A stretch of 64,000 nt of DNA from Heptranchias perlo (taxonomy: Eukaryota): contig NC_090345.1 of NCBI RefSeq assembly GCF_035084215.1, forward strand, positions 33,666,001 through 33,730,000. The letters run 5' to 3'. Shown here in pieces: positions 53,621-64,000 of the stretch (its first letter is position 1; the number at the start of each line of letters is the position of its first letter). The translations under genes and the position numbers were made by a program. The notes under the pieces were generated by a model. It ran no database searches. It worked only from the letters and a program-made list of their open reading frames with translations, and had not been told where the DNA came from.

Positions 53621-55331
53621 TTTGATGCAGCAGTGAAAATGTAGCTTCTTTGCTTCTGTTTTCTCTCTTTTTTTCTATCTGCTGTGGAATTTGCATGAGT
53701 CATTTTTCTTTCTCTTTCTCTCTATCAAGGCAAACCAAGAAAACACTTCAGAGGCAGGGCTACCCCAGCATCCAAAGCACAACTTAAAAGCCTCCATTAA
53801 GACTACAGTGCCTGTAGTTCAATAGATGGCTTTCACTTGCATTATGGATGCTGGGAAAATTGTATCTCTACAGTGGTCTCTTGCCTTTTGTTACTGGAGA
53901 ATTTCCACTGAATATTGCACTGAATAGTGTTATTCCGGACAAATGCAGGAGGGTTAGTAAGCTCGGCTATAACCAATACTAGATGAAGATGTTCCATTCC
54001 CTCACCACTGATATTTCTCAGCTTTTTGGGAACTCCAAATAAATAAAGTAACATTTTAAGAAAAGCTGAAATGAGCCGTCATAATATTCACTGTCTGTTT
54101 TATTCCCACACATTTTAACATTCACAAAGTGGTGCAAGTGATTACTTAATGGTTTTTTAATTTTAAGATCATACTTGTTTGGATTACCTTGATGCCAGAT
54201 GGTAACATTTACTGTAAGAAAAATAATTCTTCCTTGTGTAAAATTTCAGTTTGAAATAATACTTCATGTGTAAAGTTACAGTTTGAAATTTCATAGTTCT
54301 TCCTGTGGTTTTATTTGGAGAAAAATAATTTACAATTATTAAGCCCCTATCTTCCTGTCACGTACACCCTAGCTATACCACTGGGGATTTTGACATCTGT
54401 CTTCATCCATCATTTCTCTGTTACACTCATGACTGTGGTTGAATTTGGCACAAAATGTAACCTTGTGGCAACATTCTAAACTGTATAGAAGAAAACACAA
54501 AAAGACACTAACTGCGAGTGTTTCTTTCATGCATATAATTCTAGTCAACAAAAGCATGCCAGCTTAGTTATCGTCACGCTAACTGATCTACTGGCCATGC
54601 CAACCATGCTTGGGGAGATTACATTTTTAATTACTTTGTACAAAACTAGTGAAATGAAATCAAACTGGCATTTTTTGTACTTTTCATCCAATGCATTGTG
54701 TAATAATTCCATGGAAGTAAATCTTTAGTTCATTTTCCAGATAAATGATAATTCCCCTCTGAAAAGTACCTGGGAGCAAACGATGCCCTAATCTAATCAA
54801 AGGGTTCACAAACTATGAGAGCAAGACTTGAATAGTATTTGTTGTGCTTTGAGTGTATCTTCATACATTAGAAATACCTTAAAAACTATTTGTACTTGTA
54901 ATGCTTGTGAGAAAACATCTTCCTTGGTCATAAAGGAATGCTGATATTGCACCATCACCATCAATATGCTGAACATATCTCTTTCATTAAGGAACCTAGA
55001 AAAAATATTATTATTTTCTACGGGTTCTATACTAGTTATAGAACTGGCAATGGACTATACGCCAATGCCACGATTAACAAAATTTTTAAAACTACATAGC
55101 GGAAGTATTTTACAATTAAACTGTAGTAAACCTGCTACATATAGTTTTCTGTTGTGCATTTATATAGATTTTCAGAATGTCACCTGGCTAAAGGTTACAA
55201 TCCTTAGAAAGCAACTGATTAGTATTCTTTATCGTGCTATGTGTAACTTCTCTCACATAATCTGAGGGAGGCACATTAAGAAAATGACAGGTAAGCTACA
55301 GCCACATCAGCCACAGTGTAGAACGACATAC

Positions 55332-55543
55332 CTCAGGACATCATCAACTCTGAATCCTTTCTTACGTGCTAAATCCATCAGAAACATTCTTCGGCTTGAT
55401 CCCATTTTTCTTTCTACAATAAACATGATCAGATCTTGAAATCTGACTTCATGTTTACTGTATGAACTGCAGAGTTCTGCTACTTTCTGCCTCTTCCTTT
55501 TAGGTATGATTCCCATTACTCCTGGTTTTTCTATTGAATTCAT
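55332..55543 (-). CDS. DNTT: TdT exon 1 (NLS and BRCT N-half), 212 nt
   Basis: MNSIEKPGVMGIIPKRKRQK...FIVERKMGSSRRMFLMDLARKKGFRVDDVL(S); donor AG|GTATGT, phase 2. Confidence 0.95.
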
Positions 55544-55700
55544 TTTTTGGGATTACTTTGATATAAATATTACACTATCTGCCAACTACTGTGCATTAAG
55601 CCTCTGTCACCTGCATTTGCTCTGCATACAGTTCTACGCCCACCGGTGATGTCACCTCCTTTGATTGTCTTAAACACTGTAAACCAGTTAAAGAATGGGG
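55544..55700 (-). promoter_or_regulatory. Putative DNTT 5'UTR / proximal promoter
   Basis: Non-repeat sequence directly upstream of the ATG with E-box CACCTG (55608-55613), CTTTGAT TCF/LEF motifs (55556-55562, 55659-55665) and Myb motif CAGTTA (55685-55690). The transcription start cannot be located from sequence. Confidence 0.5.
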
Positions 55701-56359
55701 TCATCAAATTTCTGCACAAGCAACAGAAGAAAGTTTGTTGATTTTAACCCTTTGGGGACTGCAGTTGCATTCCCCCACAACAATAAAAAAGCAACAAGAG
55801 TGAAGAAGAGTAAATTTACATACTTTACATTCAATACTTTTTTAATTCTATATATTTGTGTAATTCTGCTTCATAACATTAAAAACTTGCAGAATTAAAA
55901 ATGTGAATAAAACAAAAAAATGAATCCAAAAATATTAAACATTAAATTGAAAATATAAAACAGAATCAAATTTTTTGTGCCAATGTTTCTCCTTTCCTCG
56001 CCTGATGACATTGACTTCTCAATGAGGTAAGCACACCCTTCTATATCTCAATCAAGAGCCCATTATTCATGCGTGAGCCTTGAGGTAATATCAGGCTACT
56101 TGACTGCAGAGAGCATCATCACTGAGCCCAATCATTCCCTTACCTGACATATGCGCTATGCACATGAGAACTAAATAGCAATCAGGAACTTTGGCCAATT
56201 TTACCCTCCCTAATCTAAGGGTTCAGATGCCAATTGCAGCTTTTGTACTGCCCCTCTGACTTAGATTAGTGAACCCAGCACAGACCAAGGATCAAACTAC
56301 TCTATATTTTTGTTACCCACCATCAAGAGAGCTCTACCCTAATACTTTATCAATTATAA

Positions 56360-58097
56360 TAAGAACATAAGAAATAGGAGCAGGAGTAGGCCAATCGGCC
56401 CCTCGTGCCTGCTCCGCCATTCAATGAGATCATGGCTGATCCAATCCTAACCTCAAATCTAAATTCATGTCCAATTTCCTGCCCGCTCCCCGTAACCCCT
56501 AATTCCCTTTACTTCTAGGAAACGGTCTATTTCTGTTTTAAATTTATTTAATGATGTAGCTTCCACAACTTCCTGAGGCAGCAAATTCCACAGACCTACT
56601 ACCCTCTGAGTGAAGAAGTTTCTCCTCATCTCAGTTTTGAAAGAGCAGCCCCTTATTCTAAGATTATGCCCCCAGTTTTAGTTTCACCCATCCTTGGGAA
56701 CATACTTACCGCATCCACCCGATCAAACCCCTTCACAATCTTATATGTTTCAATAAGATCGCCTCTCGTTCTTCTGAACTCCAATGAGTAGAGTCCCAAT
56801 CTGCTCAACCTGTCCTCATATGTCCACCCCCTCATCCCCGGGATTAACCGAGTGAACCTTCTTTGTACTGCCTCGAGAACAAGTATGTCTTTTCTTAAGT
56901 ATGGAGACCAAAACTGTATGCAGTATTCCAGGTGCGGTCTCACCAATACCTTATATAACTGCAGCAATACCCCCCTGTTTTTATATTCTATCCCCCTAGC
57001 AATAAAAGCCAACATTCCGTTGGCCTTCTTGATCACCTGCTGCACCTGCATACTAACTTTTTGATTTTCTTGCACTAGGACCCCCAGATCCCTTTGTACT
57101 GCAGTACTTTCCAGTCTCTTGCCATCAAGATAATAACTTGCTCTCTGATTTTTCCTGCCAAAGTGCATAACCTCACATTTTCCAATATTGTATTGCATCT
57201 GTCAAATCTCCGCCCACTCACCCAGCCTGTCTATATCCCCTTGTAGGTTTTTTATGTCCTCCTCACTCTCTACTTTCCCTCCCATCTTTGTATCATCTGC
57301 AAACTTTGATATGTTACACTCGGTCCCCTCCTCCAAATCGTTAATATAGATTGTAAAGAGTTGGGGACCCAGCACCGACCCCTGCAGAACACCACTGGCT
57401 ACTGGTTGCCAGTCCGAGAATGAACCATTTATCCCAACTCTCTGCTTCCTGTTAGATAACCAATCCTCCACCCATGCCAGAATATTACCCCCAATCCAGT
57501 GATTCTTTATCTTGAGCAATAATCTTTTATGTGGCACCTTGTCGAATGCCTTCTGGAAGTCCAAATACACTACGTCCACTGGTTCCCCTTTATCCACCCT
57601 GTACGTTATGTCATCAAAGAACTCAAGCAAATTTGTCAGACATGACTTCCCCTTCATAAAGCCATGCTGACTTTGTCCTATTAAATTATGTTTATCTAAA
57701 TGTTCCGTTACTGTCTCCTTAATAATAGACTCCAAAATTTTACCCACCACAGATGTTAGGCTAACTGGTCTATAATTTCCAGCCTTCTGCCTACTACCCT
57801 TTTTAAATAAGGGTGTTACATTAGCAGTTTTCCAATCTGCCGGGACCTTTGCCGAGTCCAGAGAATTTTGGAAAATTATTACCAAAGCATCCACAATCCC
57901 TACTGCCACTTCCCTCAAGACCCTAGGATGTAAGCCATCAGGTCCAGGGGATTTATCCGCTTTGAGTCCCATTAATTTACTGAGTACCAATTCCTTAGTG
58001 ATTTTAATCGTATTTAGCTCCTCCCCCCCTAGAGCCCCCTGTTTGTCCAGTGTTGGGATATTCTTAGTGTCCTCTACCGTAAAGACTGAAACAAAAT
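56360..58097 (-). mobile_element. 5'-truncated CR1 LINE RT with one frameshift near 57200
   Basis: [15 protein letters not shown]...[11 protein letters not shown]...QGSVLGP...FADDTK, then a shifted frame to the 3'UTR aagaacataagaaatagg. Confidence 0.96.
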
Positions 58098-59369
58098 AAT
58101 CATCAACCTCTAACGATGCATCCTTGATAATGAAAAATTACTAGGATAGCTATGATGGGATGATTTATTTATATCTTCACAAAAAACTCTAAGTGCATTT
58201 TAAAAAAATCATACCACTGCAAAACATTACATTGCAAATTTTACACTAAACAAGGTATCTCATGGCTGCAGCATGACGATTCCAGAACCAAGAGGTCAAT
58301 ATAGTGGTTCTCAAGTAGCATTTTCAGAGCAAGCTGTTTCTGAGTTTACTCAAAAACTAGTCAAAGAGTGACACTGCCCCTTTAAATTATTTATTGAATA
58401 TTTTAAACCATTTCCCTTTGAGATATCTGCCCCATTCCCAGCCCTCTGCCTCTGCCTACTTCCAGAGCTGATTTCCAATTATTTCCTTCTTTCTATGCTT
58501 CCACCTGTCTCAGGTCTCTGAATTGCAATTCTTCACCCAAAAATTCTCATTTCTAATTACTGCCCCAGACTTTGAATCACAATTATCTTCCTCATACTAA
58601 AAACTCTGAAGGTTCACTGCACCACTTTTCAGTTTCGAAAGACTGATAAGAACTGACTATCCTATCAACTATTTTCTATAATTAGAAATGTCACTGACAG
58701 TCAGAGACCAATGAGTGTACAGCTCAAAGCTCAGCTTTCCCTGATTGAACAGTGATAAAAGCGAGCAGTGTATCTATGACTTTGCATTCATATTGCTATT
58801 TAAATGCAGTACCACTCAATTTAATTGGGCACAACCATTCAATTTGCTGGGTTGTTTAAGTTTTTTTTTGATGATTGTTCATGCACAGGTTCTTAATGAA
58901 AAACCATTTTTGATGATTGAAGAAACAGGAAATAGTCATTTATTGTGTCTCATTATCTTTTATAAAATGCCTTGAAAGTCAGTTTCTTGGATGTTCAGTA
59001 TGCTGAGTTCACTGTTACTCTCCTAGATTATTAACAGAGTTTTTCTCTTTCATGATATCATATGCTTCTGACAAGACCCTCTCTTCTATTATTTCACTGC
59101 TACCCACAAGAGTGATTGAACTGAAAATACATTAATCCAAGATCAGGAGAGGAAATAAGACAAGAAACTTTTACAAAGTGAAAAAAAAACTACTTTTGCT
59201 TTGGCTGCCAGTGTTTTAGTTTTTTTTCCTTCAATGAAAAGTCAAATGAGCCAGTGCCTCCCCATCATGTATTACAGCATGTGAAGTTATATGAGGAATA
59301 TGGTTATACAGAAATTGATACACACTTAAGCAATTTGTATGAAAGCTTGTACTTGCATCAACTCATATG

Positions 59370-59730
59370 AGATGTCGCTGATACCACCTGCTGCAGCCTG
59401 GAAGGAGCCCGTTGCATAAAAATTATGGGCTACAGTGGTCTTGACAACCACAGCCAGTGCTGTACGTGCCCTGATTTGAGGCTTCAGCTGTGGCTGCAGT
59501 GGGTGACATAGCTCAGTGACAGCCTCCTTGGTGAAGCAAAAGCGCCTGAGTCATTGCTCCTCAGTGAAGTTGACATACGAGAAGTGCTCCCTGAAGATCC
59601 GCTGTGGGTATGGCCTCCTGTGCAGTGCCCTCCTTCTTACTCATCTCCCAGTTGCCCCTGCTCTCTTCTGTCTTCTTCACTGCTCCCCATTGTCCTGCAG
59701 CCCCAAACACAGACCTACCAGACCACCCAT
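59370..59730 (-). pseudogene. Harbinger (HARBI1-like) transposase N-terminal remnant
   Basis: RRPYPQRIFREHFSYVNFTEEQ*LRRFCFTKEAVTELCH...VKTTVAHNFYATGSFQAAAGGISDIS. Confidence 0.75.
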
Positions 59731-60235
59731 GGCTGCAATAAAACCATTTTGAAGGCAGCCAAAAACAGTCCAGCAGCTGCAAAAACTTGTTAGCACAAGT
59801 CATAATTCAGTTGTAGAACACAGAAAATAGGCCAAAAAAACGCCCAGAAGTTAACCAGCCTATTAAAAGGACAAACCGGCAACTATCCTATATGGAGGAG
59901 ATAGGCCCTGTGTTGCTGCAGGGTCCTTGCTGCAAGTTAGTACCATAATTTGCTGAGTGAGTTTATCACTAGCGAATCAGGTGCTGCGGCAGTCCAATTT
60001 TACAAAAGAGTTCTACAACGAGCGTAGGAACATTATTCAAACATTTTCATGAGGCTTTTTTTTTTAATACTTCTGCACAAACCCTGGACACCTACAGAGG
60101 CGCCCAATCCAATATGGCGGGTGGCATCATATTTTGAAGCCTGCACCAGAACTGTATTGCCCTTCCTCCCAGCAACAGTAAGTCAACAAAGGGCGGATTT
60201 CTGGTCTCCAAACAACCCTCCACGACTAATGAGGG

Positions 60236-60332
60236 AGATGAAAAGTCATCGACCTGAAACGTTAACTCTATTTCTCTCCACAGATGCTGCCTGACCCGCT
60301 GTGTGTTTCTAGCATGGTCTGTTTTTATTTTT
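60236..60332 (+). mobile_element. Third, 5'-truncated copy of the hammerhead-motif retro-element
   Basis: 12-bp TSD GACTAATGAGGG (60224-60235, 60333-60344); begins aGATGA-AAAGTC-ATC-GACCT-GAAA-CG-TT-AACTCT. Confidence 0.8.
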
Positions 60333-60529
60333 GACTAATGAGGGTTCTGGGATTAAATTGTGGTGCGTTCTCAGAGGTATCACCTTGGGGGTGTTTTAGG
60401 ATCATCCCTCCACAAACCTGCCATTGGGAGGAAAATGCAATCTGATATTTCCTAGCCACTGAGATCAGCCAGATAGATCTTTATGTTTCTTTTTTCCTAA
60501 TAGATTTTTTCCTGGATTTTCTTTTAACT

Positions 60530-60982
60530 GGGTGAGAAATATTGAATTAAAAGACAGAGGCAGAAAGAAAAAGTAAACATTTTTTTTTAAATGTCCAACA
60601 ATTAAAATCTGAAGGATTGAGATTCCACATTTGTTAAAGTTAATTTTCAGCGCCGAAGAGGTTGTTTGGCAGTCATTAAGACTTACCATGCCATTAAAAG
60701 TTTGCTCGGACTTAAAAAACTTGAAGTTCCTTTTTTTGGCGAGACTATTTTGTTGCCATCAGGATAGTAGAGGAACATCACGCTGTTGCATTCATTTTAT
60801 GGAGAGTCAGCTGGCGAGATGTCGTTTTCACAACGCTTACGGAGGAAGAGCAGGACATCTAGTAGAGGAACTTCCGGATTTCCGTTTTTAACTGCGCATG
60901 TGCTATTGCCGGAAGTTGCTGCACCAGATGTGGTGGTGAGCTCTGTTAGCCTCGCTGTTATTGTCAGATCAAAATTCGGCCC
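60530..60982. mobile_element. Harbinger-type MITE fragment
   Basis: Right end AAAATTCGGCCC; interior similar to 19670-19730 in reverse complement. Confidence 0.55.
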
Positions 60983-61630
60983 AATATATTTATGCTCCTT
61001 TGATTGAACTTAGGTGTTCCTTAAATATGGGGGGTAATTTTAACCCCCAAGAACGGGTGGGTTGGGGGGCGGGTGGGCAGTGAAAATGATAAGAAATTGG
61101 AGCAGGATCGCATCCCGGCTCTAACACGCCCACTTCCTGGTTTGAGCCAGAAGCGTTTGAATGCGTACGCGCTTCTGACACCCGGAAGTCCTGCCGGTAT
61201 TTAAAGCCAGCAGGCCGATATTTAAAGGGCCAATTTAGGCAATTAAATCACTTAAGGGGATTAACTTTTCATGTATTGAGTTACACAAAAGATTTTAACT
61301 TTCCATGAACGTGTCTCCCGTGGCCTCTGAAACACACCATGGAAACGGAGGTGAGCTGCAGCCAACACCCATTTGGACCTTTAAACCAGTGATTGACACA
61401 TGTGAAGAAAAGTTTCCCTCAGACAAACCTTTGGCTAGGAGTTCTGTGTGTTTAGAATGAGATTTCTTTGTTCATTTGTTCAACTCCCGAGTTCAGACAA
61501 ATTTACCTACATTTTGGACCCCCTCAAACTGACATCAGCAGGATGAGGGACACAAATGATCTGAGGAGGAGACACATCACCATCCACAGCAGGCACAGCT
61601 TGCAGTTCTGGGAGTTGAAGGTGCACCACA

Positions 61631-62730
61631 ATGACCTGTGGAGGAGCAGAGAGGGACCAACGGAGGGGCCTAAGTCGCAGGAGGCACTTCCCACATGAGA
61701 GGGTGTACAGGCAGAGGCTGAGTTTCCTGGACCTCTCTGAGAAGCAGTGCCTACACAGGCTCAGATTGAGTTGCCACATGGTCGCAGACATCTGCAGACT
61801 CCTTCATGCTGAGCTGCTCCCAGCTGGGCCTGGTGGCATCGCATTGCCCGTCGCAGTTAAAGTCATCACTGCCCTCAATTTTTTTGCCTCCGAATCATTC
61901 CAGGGTGCCACCGGTGACATCTACAGGGTCTCTCAGTCATCTGTATATAAGTGTATACGACAGATGGCTTGTTTGCCAGGGCATCCCACTATGTCAACTT
62001 CCCCTGTGACAACATCAGCCAGACAGAGCGGGCAGTGGGTTTCAACTCTCTGACTGGCCTCCCACAGGTACAGGGCACAATTGATTGCACACACGTAGCA
62101 ATCTGAAGACCTCACATGAGCCAGGACTGCTCATCAACCGAAAGGGATATCACTTCATCAACGCGCAGCTGGTTTGTGACCATTGGAAGAAGTTTCAGTA
62201 AGTGTGTGCCAGATTCCCTGGCAGCTGCCATGATTCCTTCATTTTGCACGAGTCCAACATCCCGGCCCTCTTCCATGCACAAGGCAGATTTAAGGGCTGG
62301 CGCCTTGGAGACAAGGGATACCCCCTGCAGACTTGGCTCATGACACCTGTGAGAAACCCCACCAACGAAGCACAGCAACAGTACGACGACAGTCACATCA
62401 CCACCAGGTCTGTGATTGAATAAGCCACCGGAATGCTGAAGATGCACTTCAGGTGCCTGGATCGATCTGGGGGATCGCCAGTGAGGGTTTGCAGAATAAT
62501 AGTCATGTGTTGCATCCTGCACAACATCGCTCAGCAGAGAGGGTTACAGATGGAGGAGCTCGAATGCGCTCATGATGCATCCTCATCTGCCGGCAACATT
62601 GCATAAGATGATGAGGAAGGGAGGAGGAGAAGAAGGAGGAGGATGATGATGAATATGGGGAACCCATCGGCAGAGCAGCAGTGCTCGTGATGCCAGGGTG
62701 TCACTCATATCTAACATGTTCTCATAATGA
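61631..62730 (+). pseudogene. Harbinger DDE transposase (HARBI1-like), disrupted
   Basis: LPVAVKVITALNFFAS, PQVQGTIDCTHVAI*, NRKGYH, PGSCHDSFIL, LGDKGYPL, TRSVIE*; frameshifts and stops. Confidence 0.9.
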
Positions 62731-63399
62731 GATCTACAAACTGAAGATAGTGAACCACTCAGACCGCGTGGAACTATCACCACTCACCAGCCCCCACAGC
62801 GCCCCCCCATGTTTGCACAAAACAGTCATTCAGCCAAGCATCCACCCATTGTACACTCGCCCAATGGGTGACATCATGTCTTGGCATTCACAAAAGGGAC
62901 TCAAAAATGGGCAAGTGGTGGTGCGAATTGTAACATTTGATGTGAAGTTAACAAAAAACAAATATATATGAAAAACATGACATCTCGTCAGACACCCTTC
63001 TGCATACCCTTGGTGATTACAAAACCCTAGCCTTCCTCTTCCTAATGCTGCTACATGGTGCATCCCCTCTGACTTCAGCAGAGGTAGTGGTGAATCACCA
63101 GATGACAACCCAACTATCTGTCTAACAGGACCCATCGAAGTGTAAGTATCTGCACTGGACTGGTGTATGGCTGGATGTGATGTGGCGGTGCACCCTCAGA
63201 AGAATTGAGCTCCTCTGAGGAATCGCCTTCTTCCATGGCGCCTGCCTCCTCATCAATCCGTGAAGTCCCTGGAAGAGAACATAAAGCAATATTAAAAAAT
63301 CATCGCAGAAGTTAGTTTGCAATGAGCACAGAGGTGTGCAACAGGTCAATCATTGATAACATCAATTCATGATGCATGTGAAGGATGTTAAAGTTCTGT

Positions 63400-64000
63400 C
63401 ACCAGCGTTTGCGGGTTGCCAGTCTCCCCAGTTCAATGGCCAGGCTTGCAACCATGTGGCTCCGATCCAACACCTCCTCCTCTGCATCTGTCAGGAGCAC
63501 TTTTTGTAGTGGCCCCTCCAGTCCTGCTCCTCTCCCATGCATTTTCTGCTCTCTTCTCCTACAAGGGGAAAAAGAACAGACATGACAACAGTGAGTGAAG
63601 GTGACTTGTTCACCCAATGGATGCATTGCTTTGGGTGAGGCTGACAATGAAACAGATGCATCAGAGGATGACCATCAGACAGATGCATCACATTGCATCA
63701 GGATTGAGGTGAGTGGGAGTGGTGGGTTCACAAATGGGGAGATGAGGAAGTGCACAGAAAGTGAAGGTAAGTTGGTGATGAGTCTTAAGTGGGTGTGAGG
63801 AGTGATGTGATGGAATAGGCTTGGCAAGACAGAGTGAGAGGGGGGTAATGTGCACCACAGGATGTAGGTGAATCAGTAACTGTACTCACTTTTCCTGACC
63901 TGGTTAAGTCATTAAAGCGCTTCCTGCAGTGTACCCACGACCTTGTCACTGTGCCCCTGCTGCTCAGCTCAGCTGGCACCTCCAGCCAGGCCTTCTTGGT
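63400..64000 (-). pseudogene. Harbinger Myb/SANT-like DNA-binding gene, spliced (exons about 64000-63890 and 63558-63400)
   Basis: KKAWLEVPAELSSRGTVTRSWVHCRKRFNDLTRSGK|gtgagt ... ttttccccttgtag|EKRAENAWERSRTGG. Confidence 0.82.

Larger units (their letters stand above)
61030..64000. mobile_element. Decayed two-gene PIF/Harbinger transposon, running off the right edge
   Basis: Left end GGGGGTAATTTTAACCCCCA; transposase on +, convergent Myb/SANT gene on -. Confidence 0.9.

Noticed and set aside
61631-62730. Domesticated HARBI1 gene
   Set aside because: It has multiple stops and frameshifts and sits inside a transposon with a terminus and a Myb partner.
55544-64000. First exon of the expected head-to-head neighbour BLNK
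   Set aside because: No recognisable BLNK N-terminal coding sequence; the region is mostly LINE and Harbinger DNA.

Overview
Eukaryotic, repeat-rich vertebrate DNA. The CR1/L2 LINE families, a Deu-domain SINE and the protein sequence suggest a cartilaginous fish (inference). The only host gene I can support is DNTT (terminal deoxynucleotidyl transferase, TdT) on the minus strand. Coding exons 1-7 were read by hand: 55543-55332, 46478-46304, 28381-28265, 15626-15456, 13865-13794, 12680-12557 and 7474-7342. All introns are GT-AG and the exons join into one frame of 334 codons plus 2 nt, covering the NLS, BRCT domain, 8-kDa domain, fingers and the start of the palm (TGGFRR). Exon 8 onward appears to lie left of the window. 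The introns and upstream region are filled with CR1, L2 and RTE LINE fragments, SINEs, PIF/Harbinger MITEs and Myb/SANT remnants, plus a decayed two-gene Harbinger at the right end. The least expected signal is a family of short non-coding retro-insertions (about 13.1, 40.0 and 60.2 kb) carrying a minimal type-I hammerhead-ribozyme motif of the Penelope/retrozyme kind, two of them with clean 12-14-bp target-site duplications. Other points: a G-rich 21-bp minisatellite inside a Harbinger MITE, a Gly-to-Arg change in the first TdT HhH motif, and lymphoid TF-site clusters near exon 1. Repeat boundaries are approximate unless a TSD is quoted.
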